From contig JAUWIB010000062.1 of assembly GCA_030605565.1 (NCBI GenBank), positions 4,141 to 68,140 of the forward strand: DNA of 64,000 nucleotides, given 5' to 3'. Both the position numbers and the translations under genes were made by a program. This stretch comes from a bacterium (lineage in GTDB: Bacteria; Zixibacteria; MSB-5A5; GN15; FEB-12). The notes beneath the pieces were generated by a model. The model did no database searches and was not told where the DNA came from. It worked only from the letters and a program-made list of their open reading frames with translations. This document shows positions 50,313 through 60,148 of the stretch, one piece after another (position 1 is the stretch's first letter; every line of letters begins with the position of its first letter).

Positions 50313-51557
50313 CTACATGGCTCGGTATGACATTATGGCGCGGCGTTCGTAGCGATTGAGAAAATCGGCCTTGAACGATTCGAACCGCTGCTCCTCGATT
50401 GCCTTGCGTATTCCACGCATAAGGTTCTGATAGAAATACGTCGAGTGGTACGTCGCCAGCACCATGCCGGTGATCTCTGACTGATTGTAAAGATGCCGAA
50501 TGTAGGCCCGGCTGTAGCGGCGGCAGACGCGGCAGTCGCAGTTGGGATCAAGCGGCGTGCTGTCGTCGGCGTAGTCGGCGTTACGGTAAGTGATTTGTCC
50601 AACCGACGTAAACACATTGCCTGTACGAGCATTGCGGGTCGGCAGAACACAGTCGAACATGTCGATGCCGTATGACACCGCCATCAGAATGTCCTCGGGG
50701 TAACCGACACCCATGAGATAACGCGGTTTGTCCTTAGGGAGATGTTCGATAGTGTGCGCAAGCATCTCCTCCATTTCGACCTTGCTCTCCCCAACCGAGA
50801 GTCCGCCGATGGCGTTACCGGGAAAATCAAGCGACACGATTTGTTCAGCCGACTGCGTGCGCAGGTCCTTGTAGGTCGATCCCTGCACAATCCCAAACAG
50901 GCGGCAGCCTGTTTTTCCGTGGGCGGCAGACCCGGGTGGCCCGCCATTCATAGTGGGTCCGTGGGCGGCAGAGGACTCTGTCTCGTCCGAGTTGTGGACG
51001 GCAGACGTCCCCGTCTGCCCCAACTCTTCGTGCTTGGCAAGGCACCGCTGCGCCCAATCATAGGTGCGGCGCACACCGGTCTCGGCCAGTTCACGATCAG
51101 CGGGGTAGGGTACACACTGGTCGAAGGCCATGATAATGTCGGCGCCGATTGCGTGTTGAATCTCCATCACGCGTTCGGGCGTGAACATGTGCGTGGAACC
51201 ATCGTGATGCGAGCGGAACTGTACGCCGTCGTCGGTGATTTTCAGATTGTCACGCATCGAGAACACTTGATACCCGCCGCTATCGGTGAGAGTCGGTTTG
51301 TTCCAGCCGTTGAACGAGGCCAGCCCGCCCTGCGACTTGATGATGTCAACACCTGGTCGCAAATAGAGATGGTAGGTGTTGCCAAGAATGATCTCCGCAC
51401 CACAACCCTCGAGATCTTCGGCCGTCATCGCCTTGACGGCGCCGGATGTTCCCACCGGCATGAAGGCCGGCGTTTGAAACGTCCCGTGCGGCGTCGTCAC
51501 CTCACCACGCCGGGCAGCGGCGTCAGTGGTGTGCAGTTTGTAGATACTATCTTTCAT
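50313..51557 (-). CDS. tgt: Queuine tRNA-ribosyltransferase with an internal insertion of about 30 aa
   Basis: TPAFMPVGT, GNTYHLYLRPG, TDSGGYQVFS, LFGIVQG, GGLSVGE, PRYLMGVG, DCVLPTRNAR, CDCRVC zinc site. Confidence 0.96.
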   Translation of the reverse strand: MKDSIYKLHTTDAAARRGEVTTPHGTFQTPAFMPVGTSGAVKAMTAEDLEGCGAEIILGNTYHLYLRPGVDIIKSQGGLASFNGWNKPTLTDSGGYQVFSMRDNLKITDDGVQFRSHHDGSTHMFTPERVMEIQHAIGADIIMAFDQCVPYPADRELAETGVRRTYDWAQRCLAKHEELGQTGTSAVHNSDETESSAAHGPTMNGGPPGSAAHGKTGCRLFGIVQGSTYKDLRTQSAEQIVSLDFPGNAIGGLSVGESKVEMEEMLAHTIEHLPKDKPRYLMGVGYPEDILMAVSYGIDMFDCVLPTRNARTGNVFTSVGQITYRNADYADDSTPLDPNCDCRVCRRYSRAYIRHLYNQSEITGMVLATYHSTYFYQNLMRGIRKAIEEQRFESFKADFLNRYERRAIMSYRAM

Positions 51558-51567
51558 CTCTCATACC

Positions 51568-51700
51568 GTCATTGCGAGGCACACCTTGTGTGCCGCGGCA
51601 ATCTCATCTTCGTAGGTCGAAAACCCTGTGGTCCTGACACAGGTAAAACTGTCCTTCGCGCTTGGCGCACCCACCTGCCGCTTCGCTTTAGGCGGGGTAC
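51568..51700. repeat. GTCATTGCGAG-family REP plus copy 2 of the ~95-bp repeat
   Basis: gtcattgcgag-gcacaccttgtgtgc-cgcggcaatctc (51568-51605) followed by tcttcgtaggtcgaaa... (51607-51700). Confidence 0.75.
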
Positions 51701-52584
51701 AGTGGAATAGGGCATCTTCTCGTCAATGATGGCTGGTTCAGGTGGATTAGGAATGCGTCAAGTGAGATCAATCTACCTTTAAGCTCCGGAAGTTGGGTGT
51801 CCTCAGCCATCGTCCTTAATGGGCCATCATCCGTAATAAGGTAATCGCATATGTCTAGGTACAATGCCTGTGAGAAGTCGTATCCATCACCCGCACGAAC
51901 CCATCTCTTGTTCAAATATGTTCTTAGGCAGAAGACTCTCAGCAGCTCCGTCCAATATAGGACAGCGGGGCGACGTGAGTCTTGTTGGTATGGGTTGATC
52001 CTTATGACAGATGCACCAGGGGGTGCTGTTGTTTTCCTGCTGAACTGGCTTTCAATTGTATCCGAATAGAAACGCTCTCGGTTCTCCACGCTGAATCGCG
52101 AGTAAGCTTCCTTCTTGCGTTCACTGGCCGTCATGCGCACTTCGCTGTCCTGTGCGCTCCTAACGCTGTTATAGAATCGATCTTGCCTCGTCTTGATTTC
52201 ATCTGCATATGGTTTGAACTTTCGTACATAGTCGCGATATGACCATGCCGCCTGGATCATAGCAAAGACCTTTCGAGTGTTGCGAGATGATTCCAGCAAC
52301 CCGTCTAGACCCAGCGCCTTTACATCGTAATATATGTAGTCTGACGGTGGTGGCAGTATGAACCTCCGTTGAGCCAGAGTGAGCGCCTCACTCATATACT
52401 TCTTAGATCTGGCGAAACTCTCAAGCGTTATTCCTTGTGTCAACTCAGTAAGATTAGTTGTGCTGATCCATAGTCGGAGGTCACCACACGCAAAATGCTG
52501 TTCTACTAGAACCTTTAGCTGTCTGTAGTCGGCGCGGTCGACCATATTCACAAGAGCGGAGTTATCGAATAACAAGTCTATCAT
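51688..52584 (-). CDS. Hypothetical protein, possibly an extended PIN-like domain
   Basis: N-terminal LLFDNSAL, central ISTTNLTE, C-terminal GDGYDFSQ...DYLITDD acidic pattern; AT-richer than its neighbours. Confidence 0.55.
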   Translation of the reverse strand: MIDLLFDNSALVNMVDRADYRQLKVLVEQHFACGDLRLWISTTNLTELTQGITLESFARSKKYMSEALTLAQRRFILPPPSDYIYYDVKALGLDGLLESSRNTRKVFAMIQAAWSYRDYVRKFKPYADEIKTRQDRFYNSVRSAQDSEVRMTASERKKEAYSRFSVENRERFYSDTIESQFSRKTTAPPGASVIRINPYQQDSRRPAVLYWTELLRVFCLRTYLNKRWVRAGDGYDFSQALYLDICDYLITDDGPLRTMAEDTQLPELKGRLISLDAFLIHLNQPSLTRRCPIPLYPA

Positions 52585-52587
52585 CCC

Positions 52588-53949
52588 TTACCCCACCACC
52601 TCCAACGCCGCTTGCAAATTCGTGACGCCAACCATCTCGATGGGTTTATCGGCGGACTTCTCCAGGTTAGCCTGCGGCAGGATCATGCGGGTGAACCCCA
52701 TGCGCGCGGCTTCGTTGATGCGGCGGTCGACCATCGTCACCGGTCGCACCTCGCCGGACAAACCCACCTCGCCAACACAGATCGTCTTGGAATCAACATT
52801 CCGGTTGAGCAGCGATGACACGATCGCCACCAACAGCGGCAGGTCAATCCCTGGTTCGGACAGTTTTAACCCACCCGCGACCGAGACAAAAACGTCGTTG
52901 GTAGCCATCGGGTAGTCGCATCGTTTTTCGAGAATTGCCAGCAAGAGCGACAGTCGTTTATTGTCGATGCCGCCTGCGACTCGCTGAGGATTGCTGTATC
53001 CGGCGGCGGTGACCAACGCCTGAAGTTCTACCAGAATGGGACGGTTACCCTCGACGATCCCGGCTACGACAGAACCACTGCGCGGTTCATCGGAATGTCC
53101 GGTCAAAAACAGCGACGATGGGTTGGCGACTTCAATCAGACCGCGCTCGGCCATCTCAAACAGACCGATCTCAGCGATGGATCCAAACCGGTTCTTGGTG
53201 GCGCGCAGCATTCGGTAGAGATGCGATGAGTCACCCTCGAAATAAACCACCGTGTCGACCATGTGCTCAAGCACCTTTGGTCCCGCCACCATCCCTTCTT
53301 TGGTAACGTGCCCGACCAGAAAGAGCGCCCAGCCGCCCGCTTTGGACATCGCGATCAATTTGTTGGCCGCTTCGCGCACCTGCGCCACGGTGCCGGGCGG
53401 CGAATCGAACATCTCGCTGGCCACGGTTTGCACAGAGTCGATGATCACCACCTGATGTTCGTTGGTGCCCACGCGCTCGATAATTTGTTCGAGGCTGCTG
53501 CAGTTCACGACGGTGATGTTGTCCCCCTTGACCTGCAGTCGATCGGCGCGCCGCTTGATTTGTGGCAGTGATTCCTCGCCGGTAATGTACAGGACTCTCA
53601 GCCCTTGCTGGGAGTACGCTTCGGCGGCTTGCAGTACCAGGGTCGACTTGCCGATCCCCGGTTCGCCGCCAAGCAGCACGGTCATGCCTGCAAGCAACTG
53701 TCCGCCCAGCACCCGGTCAAACTCGACAATGCCGCTGACGAAACCGGATTGTCGGTCGATAGTGACCTCGGACAGTCGTTGGGCCACAGCCATCGGGGTA
53801 GCGCCGCCGCGCGTGGTACTGGTGGGCACTCGCTCCTCTATGAGACAATTCCACTGGCCGCATTCGCGGCACTGTCCCTGCCATTTGGAATGCTGTGCCC
53901 CGCACTGGGAGCAATAGTAGGCGGTTTTGACTTTGCGGGGTACGGTCAT
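52588..53949 (-). CDS. radA: DNA repair protein RadA/Sms
   Basis: CSQCG..KWQGQCREC zinc finger, GGEPGIGKST, KNRFG, Lon-like C-terminus. Confidence 0.96.
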   Translation of the reverse strand: MTVPRKVKTAYYCSQCGAQHSKWQGQCRECGQWNCLIEERVPTSTTRGGATPMAVAQRLSEVTIDRQSGFVSGIVEFDRVLGGQLLAGMTVLLGGEPGIGKSTLVLQAAEAYSQQGLRVLYITGEESLPQIKRRADRLQVKGDNITVVNCSSLEQIIERVGTNEHQVVIIDSVQTVASEMFDSPPGTVAQVREAANKLIAMSKAGGWALFLVGHVTKEGMVAGPKVLEHMVDTVVYFEGDSSHLYRMLRATKNRFGSIAEIGLFEMAERGLIEVANPSSLFLTGHSDEPRSGSVVAGIVEGNRPILVELQALVTAAGYSNPQRVAGGIDNKRLSLLLAILEKRCDYPMATNDVFVSVAGGLKLSEPGIDLPLLVAIVSSLLNRNVDSKTICVGEVGLSGEVRPVTMVDRRINEAARMGFTRMILPQANLEKSADKPIEMVGVTNLQAALEVVG

Positions 53950-54707
53950 CAGCGCACCTGTATCGGCCCGACGGCGCTGCCGGTGATAAACTGTCTGACG
54001 ACCTCGTTGCTGCTGTTCCTGATCTCGTCGGGGCTGCCGTCGAATTCGACCTGTCCGTCGTACAGCATGACAATGCGATCGGCGATCTTAAAGGCGGAGG
54101 TCATGTCGTGCGTGACGGCTATTGAGGTGACGTTCAGCTTCCGGTGGAGATCGACAATCATGTCATTGATCATGTCCGCTGTGATCGGATCCAGCCCGGT
54201 GGTCGGTTCGTCGTACAGCAAGACCTCGGGACTGCCCGCAATAGCGCGTGCCAGCCCTACCCGTTTACGCATTCCGCCGGAAAGCTCGGACGGGTTTTTG
54301 TCGCGGACGTCCGAGAGACCAACCATTTGGAGCTTCTCATCCACGATGCGTTCTATCTCAGCTTCACTGTGCAGACGTTCTTCCGTGAGTCCCAAACCGA
54401 CGTTTTCGGCCACCGTCAGCGAGTCGAACAATGCCGCCGACTGAAACAACATGCCATAGCGTCGTCGCATCTCGATCAGCCGCCGACCGGTCAAGGAGGA
54501 TATGTCGACACCATCAAAAAACACCGCGCCCTCGTCCGGCTCCAGCAACCGCACCAGATGCTTGAGTAAAACGGATTTGCCGCAGCCGGATTGTCCGATG
54601 ACGACGATCGACTCCCCTTTGTTCACGTCCAGATCGACGCCGCGCAGCACCTCGAGCGTCTGGAACCGCTTGCTGATGCCTTCTATCCCAATTAACGCGT
54701 CGCTCAT
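53949..54707 (-). CDS. mlaF: MlaF/Ttg2A-type ABC ATPase
   Basis: GQSGCGKS, FQSAALFDSLTV, LSGGMRKRVGLARA, YDEPTTGLDP. Start set at MSDAL. Confidence 0.88.
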   Translation of the reverse strand: MSDALIGIEGISKRFQTLEVLRGVDLDVNKGESIVVIGQSGCGKSVLLKHLVRLLEPDEGAVFFDGVDISSLTGRRLIEMRRRYGMLFQSAALFDSLTVAENVGLGLTEERLHSEAEIERIVDEKLQMVGLSDVRDKNPSELSGGMRKRVGLARAIAGSPEVLLYDEPTTGLDPITADMINDMIVDLHRKLNVTSIAVTHDMTSAFKIADRIVMLYDGQVEFDGSPDEIRNSSNEVVRQFITGSAVGPIQVR

Positions 54708-54709
54708 TA

Positions 54710-55489
54710 TCAGATCCTGAACAGGATAAGTGCGAAAATGAAGTTGAACACCAGAATCAACACGGAAGAGATCACCACCGAGTTGGTGGTGGCCAGGCCG
54801 ACCCCCTGAGCACCACCCCTGGTGTGGAACCCTTCGTAGCAACCGACGATGCCGATAATCAGTCCGAATACGGCGGCTTTGATCATGCCGTTGATGAAGT
54901 CACCGACCTGGAATGAATTGCGAAAGCCGTTTAGGAAAGTCTCCGACGACACATCAACACCGATCACCGACACCACCAGTCCGCCGAGGATAGCGATGAA
55001 AATCGCGAACACCACCAGCAGCGGCACCATGAACAGACAGGCCAGCACTCGCGGCATGACGAGATAGCGAATAGGGTTGATACCCATCGATTCGAGCGCG
55101 TCGATCTGCTCCGTGACGCGCATACTGCCCAGTTCGGCGGTAACCCCGGCGCCTACCCGTCCGGCAAACACGATCGCCGACAACACCGGCGCCAGTTCGA
55201 TAACGACCGCTTTGCCCACAGCCTGACCGAGATAGCGAAGAGGCGCGCCGATGAACTTGAATTGATAAGCCGCCTGCCAGGCCGCAACGGCGCCGACAAA
55301 AATGGAGATGATGATGATCAACGGAAGCGACTTGACCCCCAGGGTGTAGAGCTGTTCAAAGACCAGACCGAGGGACCTGGGGAGTTCCTTCAGGGCGACG
55401 AGAAACCGTCCCAGCATCAGGAAGATACCACCCAGCTTGGTTACGAATTTCACGCCGCGTCGTCCGAGTATGGTCAGCCCGGATTCCAT
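54710..55489 (-). CDS. mlaE: MlaE/Ttg2B-type ABC permease
   Basis: ELAPVLSAIVFAGRVGAG.TAELGSM.VTEQIDALESMG, GGAQGVG.ATT. Confidence 0.92.
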   Translation of the reverse strand: MESGLTILGRRGVKFVTKLGGIFLMLGRFLVALKELPRSLGLVFEQLYTLGVKSLPLIIIISIFVGAVAAWQAAYQFKFIGAPLRYLGQAVGKAVVIELAPVLSAIVFAGRVGAGVTAELGSMRVTEQIDALESMGINPIRYLVMPRVLACLFMVPLLVVFAIFIAILGGLVVSVIGVDVSSETFLNGFRNSFQVGDFINGMIKAAVFGLIIGIVGCYEGFHTRGGAQGVGLATTNSVVISSVLILVFNFIFALILFRI

Positions 55490-55498
55490 GGCGCCTCC

Positions 55499-56935
55499 TT
55501 AGAAGGGAATGTCCTCATCGCCGCCGACCGGTTCGACATCGGCGGGTAGTTCAGCCGGCCGCCGCGCGAGGTTCTCGAAACGCGCAAAGTCTTTGACGAA
55601 AGCAAGATGCACCACCCCGGTGGGGCCGTTACGCTGTTTGGAAATAATCAGTTCCGCCTTGCCCTCAACTTCGAGGTACTTGGGGTCAGTCTTCTCAAGA
55701 TGCGAGAAATACAATTCGGGTCGGTAGACGAAAGCTACGACATCGGCATCCTGTTCGATAGCCCCGGATTCACGCAGGTCTGACAATACCGGCCGCCTGT
55801 CACCACCGCGTTGCTCCACTTGACGGGAGAGCTGTGAGCAGGCGATTACGGGTATCTCCAACTCCATGGCCAGCGTCTTGAGACCGCGCGAGATGGCGGC
55901 GATCTCCTGCTGCCGATTCTCCCAACGACCGGAACCCTGGACCATCTGGATGTAATCTATGATTATCAAGTCGACATCGTGCTGGCCTTTCAAGCGACGC
56001 GCCTTGGCCTTCATCTCAAGCGAAGTGAGGCCGGGGGAATCATCGATGTAGATAGCGGCCTTCGATAACGGACCACCAGCGCGAGTGAGCCTTGGCCACT
56101 CTTCGTCGCGGAGTCGGCCGGCCCGCAGTTTTTGCTGCGAAATCCGCGCCCGGCCACAAAGCATGCGAAGGGATAACGCCTCGGCCGACATCTCAACTGA
56201 GAACACGCCCACGGTTTTCCCGTGTTCGATCGCTACATGCTCGGCGATATTCATCACCAGCGCCGATTTGCCCATGGAGGGCCGACCAGCGATGATGATA
56301 AGCTCACCTTTGTGCATCCCATTGGTCATGGTGTCGAAATCGGTAAATCCCGTCTTGAGACCGACCAGTGAACTGTCCGGCGACTGCAACTGCTCAATCT
56401 GATCAAAGGTCGACGGGATCAACTGGCTAATCGGCGTGAAGCCACGTCGCAGCCGCTTCTCCGACAGGCCGAAGATACCTGCCTCGGCCTGGTCCAACAG
56501 TTCCGACACCGGCTGTTCGAGACGGTAGCAACTGCGCGATATCTCGTTGGTGATTTCGATTGTGCGGCGCAAGAGAAACTTGTCGAAAACAATCTCGGCA
56601 TAGTGCGCTGCGTTGGCGGTGGCGGCAACGCCCTCCACAAGTTCGGCCAGGAAGACTCGTCCGCCGAGACGGGTAAGTTTGTCGTCCTTAAGCAGAGCGT
56701 TGGAGACAGTTGTAATGTCGCACGGCTCGGAACGTTTGTAGAGCTCGAGCACCGCTCGATAAACCATCTGGTGCTTGGGTGAGTAGAATACGGTTTCCTC
56801 GGTCAGTATTTCCACTACCTCATGAAGCGCCATGACGTCTTTGAGGATACATCCAAGAACCGCCTGTTCCGCCTCCAATGACTGAGGCGGCTGAAGACTA
56901 TCAAGCTGCTTGTTCTCTTGTGTTCGATACGCCAT
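55499..56935 (-). CDS. dnaB: Replicative DNA helicase
   Basis: PPQSLEAEQAVLG, AGRPSMGKS, IDYIQ, SQLSR.VEQR, LRESGAIEQDAD, KQRNGPTG; no intein. Confidence 0.97.
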   Translation of the reverse strand: MAYRTQENKQLDSLQPPQSLEAEQAVLGCILKDVMALHEVVEILTEETVFYSPKHQMVYRAVLELYKRSEPCDITTVSNALLKDDKLTRLGGRVFLAELVEGVAATANAAHYAEIVFDKFLLRRTIEITNEISRSCYRLEQPVSELLDQAEAGIFGLSEKRLRRGFTPISQLIPSTFDQIEQLQSPDSSLVGLKTGFTDFDTMTNGMHKGELIIIAGRPSMGKSALVMNIAEHVAIEHGKTVGVFSVEMSAEALSLRMLCGRARISQQKLRAGRLRDEEWPRLTRAGGPLSKAAIYIDDSPGLTSLEMKAKARRLKGQHDVDLIIIDYIQMVQGSGRWENRQQEIAAISRGLKTLAMELEIPVIACSQLSRQVEQRGGDRRPVLSDLRESGAIEQDADVVAFVYRPELYFSHLEKTDPKYLEVEGKAELIISKQRNGPTGVVHLAFVKDFARFENLARRPAELPADVEPVGGDEDIPF

Positions 56936-56940
56936 CGGAC

Positions 56941-57726
56941 TTATCCCACCAACTCATCATATTTCGCGCGGAGCATTTGCATGTCGGCCCAGGTGTCTTT
57001 TTTGTACGCTTGGAAACGAAGCAGCGCCGCCGGGTGATAGGTCACCAGCATCGGAACGCCTTCATACTCATGCCAGCGCCCGCGCAGTTTGCCCAGTGGG
57101 GTCGTTGTCTTCAAAAGCGCCTGGGCGGCAATACGACCCAGCGCACAGATCAGTTTCGGCGCGATCAGGGCAACCTGTTCTCTCAGCAGCGGGAAGCATT
57201 TCTCCATCTCGGCCGGTTGCGGATCACGGTTGCCGGGCGGTCGGCATTTGAGAATGTTGGCGATGTATACTTCTTCCCGGGACAGCTTGATCGCGGCCAG
57301 TATTTTGTCAAGCAATTGTCCGGCACGGCCGACAAACGGCTCACCGATACGATCCTCGTCGGCGCCGGGCGCCTCACCGATAAACAGCAAGTCGGCGTTG
57401 GGATTGCCCGCGCCATAGACGAACTTGTTACGGGTAGCGCCCAGGGGACACTCCTGACAGTTCTGCACGGAATCGAAATGTCTGTCCAGCGATGCAAACT
57501 GTGGTTCCTGCGGTCCCAGCGGTCGCTCCTCTCCAAAGATATCAGCGACGGGCACGATGCGTTGACTCTCGGTAGCGGCCACCATATGCTGATCCAACTC
57601 TGTCTCAATGGTGCTGGCGCTACGTGGCGGCAGGATTACCTCACCCATCCCCAACTCCACCTGGGAGGTCAAGGCTCGGCGAAGCATCTCCTGTAAACTC
57701 AGCGGTCGATCATCCATGTCAAGCAT
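56941..57726 (-). CDS. udg: Uracil-DNA glycosylase, family 4 (Fe-S)
   Basis: [38 protein letters not shown]. Confidence 0.9.
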   Translation of the reverse strand: MLDMDDRPLSLQEMLRRALTSQVELGMGEVILPPRSASTIETELDQHMVAATESQRIVPVADIFGEERPLGPQEPQFASLDRHFDSVQNCQECPLGATRNKFVYGAGNPNADLLFIGEAPGADEDRIGEPFVGRAGQLLDKILAAIKLSREEVYIANILKCRPPGNRDPQPAEMEKCFPLLREQVALIAPKLICALGRIAAQALLKTTTPLGKLRGRWHEYEGVPMLVTYHPAALLRFQAYKKDTWADMQMLRAKYDELVG

Positions 57727-57745
57727 CCTTCTGTAGAATACCAGT

Positions 57746-58962
57746 CTACAACATCGACGCGATCAGATCAAGCACTCGCTCTGCGATGGCGCTTTTTTTC
57801 GCAAGCGGCAGCGTTAGTGGTTTACGCTTTGGCCTTAGAATGGTCACCTCGTTGGTATCGCTGTCGAAACCGGTGTCAGCACCAACCGTGTTCAGCACGA
57901 TCAGGTCGAGCTTCTTTTCCTTGAGTTTCTTGCGGGCGTTCTCAATCGGCCGATCAGTTTCCAGCGCAAACCCAACCACCACAAGTGGCCTTTTCGCCCC
58001 TTGGGCGGCGAGGTCTTTGAGAATGTCGATGGTCGGCTCAAGCGAGAGTTGCATCGCAGCGGCGCTCTTCTTGATCTTCGCGGAAGCCAGCTTAACCGGT
58101 CGGTAGTCAGCCGGGGCGGCGGCCATGATGAGACAGTCCGCGTCCCTGACGGCGCTCTTGACGGCCCGGTGCAACTGTTCGGTAGTCTCAAACCTGACCA
58201 GCTTCACTCCCGCCGGGGGCGGCAGGCTGGTTGGTCCTGAAATCAGAGTTGTCTCGGTGCCGAGTCTTGCGGCTGCTTCAGCCAGGGCGTAGCCCATTTT
58301 ACCCGAGGAATAATTGGAGATGAAGCGCACCGGATCAATCGGTTCACGACTTGGCCCGGCGGTGACGACTACTTTTTTGCCCGTGAGGCTTTTTTTTTTG
58401 GCGGCAAGCCGCTTTTCTTGCCCAGGCAGTTTTCTATCGCCGCATGGATCTGCTCAGGTTCGCTCATGCGCCCGACACCTGATTCACGGCAGGCCATGTC
58501 CCCTTTCTCGGGGCCGACAAACCGAAACCCCAACTTTCTGAGAGTGGCTACGTTGCGCTGGGTGACCGGGTTGATCCACATCTGCGGGTTCATGGCCGGG
58601 GCCACCATCACCGGACAGGTTGAGGCGCAGACGACGGTCGTCAGCAAGTCGTCACAAACACCGGCAGCGACCTTGCCCAGGAAATTGGCCGTGGCCGGGG
58701 CGACAACCAGCAGATCGGCCCACTGGCCGAGATCAATGTGGCGGGTAGCGACGAACTCATCCGGCGGAAACATGCGCACCGCCACCGGCCGCTCGGACAC
58801 TGTCTCTAAGGTCAAGGGTGTAATAAATTTGGTGGCCGCTTCGGTCATGACCACCTGCACCTCGGCGCCATTCTTGATCAGCGAACGGATGAGATAGGGG
58901 ACTTTGTAGCAGGCGATACCGCCGGTGAGGCCCACCGTAATCTTTTTCCCCTCAAGCGACAT
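57746..58962 (-). CDS. coaBC: Bifunctional CoaBC, split by a -1 frameshift at or near an A10 run (58390-58399)
   Basis: CoaC half (GGIACYK, APATANF, PAMN) ends at a TAG at 58369. The CoaB half (SLTGKKVVVTAGPSREPIDPVRFISNYSSGKMG...GFALET) is open in the -1 frame across the junction. Confidence 0.9.
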
Positions 58963-58968
58963 AGTAAC

Positions 58969-59442
58969 TCAGTTGACCAACTTAAGACGGTCGGCTTTGA
59001 TATCGAATGATTCGATGCTTCCAAACTCATCAAATTCCAGAAAGACCAGCGCTGAAGCGATTGCCTTGATCTGATCATGGCTGACCGGATCGCCGCCGAA
59101 AACAGAAACGCGCTCCAGTATAGTCTCGAACTGTTCGGTATCGATCAGCGAGAGATTGAGCAACTTCAGCAGAAAACCGTACGCTTCGGTAGTCATGCGT
59201 ACCCGTTCAGTGGCCGTCAGAACCCGATTTGGCATGTGGATTTTCGGAAAGTCCGAATACAGCCACTCCGGCGAGTTGTCGAACCGATTCCACAGCCAGA
59301 AGTAGGCCGAAGAGATTTCATTGTCGGAGTAGCCCATGGTCTTCAGGGTCGTAGAGAAATCATCGGTCTCGGCAAGCTGACCCTGATTGTCCCGCATGTA
59401 GTCCATGAGAAAGACTACGATTTCCAGAATTCGGTCGGTCAT
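58969..59442 (-). CDS. DUF494 / Smg-family protein
   Basis: MTDRILEIVVFL, L..MGYS..EIS.A..WL, RVL...E.......AYGFLLKL..L.LI; GAAGG RBS. Confidence 0.8.
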   Translation of the reverse strand: MTDRILEIVVFLMDYMRDNQGQLAETDDFSTTLKTMGYSDNEISSAYFWLWNRFDNSPEWLYSDFPKIHMPNRVLTATERVRMTTEAYGFLLKLLNLSLIDTEQFETILERVSVFGGDPVSHDQIKAIASALVFLEFDEFGSIESFDIKADRLKLVN

Positions 59443-59664
59443 CAGGTATCCTTCGTAGTTACTCCAGTCATATAGATTATAGTAAACAGTCTCGTCGGAC
59501 GCAAGTTCCGATTGATTGGAGGGCAAAGAAATCTCGTCAAGTGAGCCGATTCGAGTACCCGGAGGAGACTCCCGGACGAGAATTACGGATGCGAGGGCGT
59601 TCGGTCGACGGGGGTGATTCGACGATTCGCTCCGCGCTGAAAACGCCGAAAACGCTGAAACGAC

Positions 59665-59693
59665 TTGACAAACCAATCGGCTGGCGGTAAATT
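59665..59693 (+). promoter_or_regulatory. sigma70-like promoter upstream of the giant beta-helix gene
   Basis: TTGACA-17 nt-TAAATT, preceded by 9-bp direct repeats aaacgcYga (59641-59658). Confidence 0.5.
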
Positions 59694-60148
59694 ATGATGA
59701 GTTATTAGGACATCCGCAGAATGTACGAGATTGCGGCATTCTGTCGGCGCGCGATTGGCGGTGTGCCCGGCGTTTGGAGGTCGATCAGTTCTTACATATC
59801 GGCTGATGCCCTCACGAATGAAGGAGTAACGGTTACCGATGTGCTCTCAAGCGTGCTGTCCACGTTGGGCTACCGCTGAAGATTGTATTCCTCATTCCAT
59901 CAGACAATGTGACGATGTTACTTACTCACCCACAGCTTTAGCTGTCTTGACGACAACTGATTATGACATTTTCGTGAGGAAAACCATCTGCACAAGGGAA
60001 CAGGAAGGAGGGACTGACTTGGTTATTATGTTGCTCTAATGTACCCATCACTGTGCTTCTTCACTGAGCCTTTTGAATCAAAATCCTTGGTTTAGTGCGA
60101 CGTGGGGTACTGAGAAATCGTTGACCAAATATACGAGGGAAGAGAGAA

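Noticed and set aside
55499-56935. Intein in DnaB
   Set aside because: The length (478 aa) and motif spacing are normal, with no insertion.
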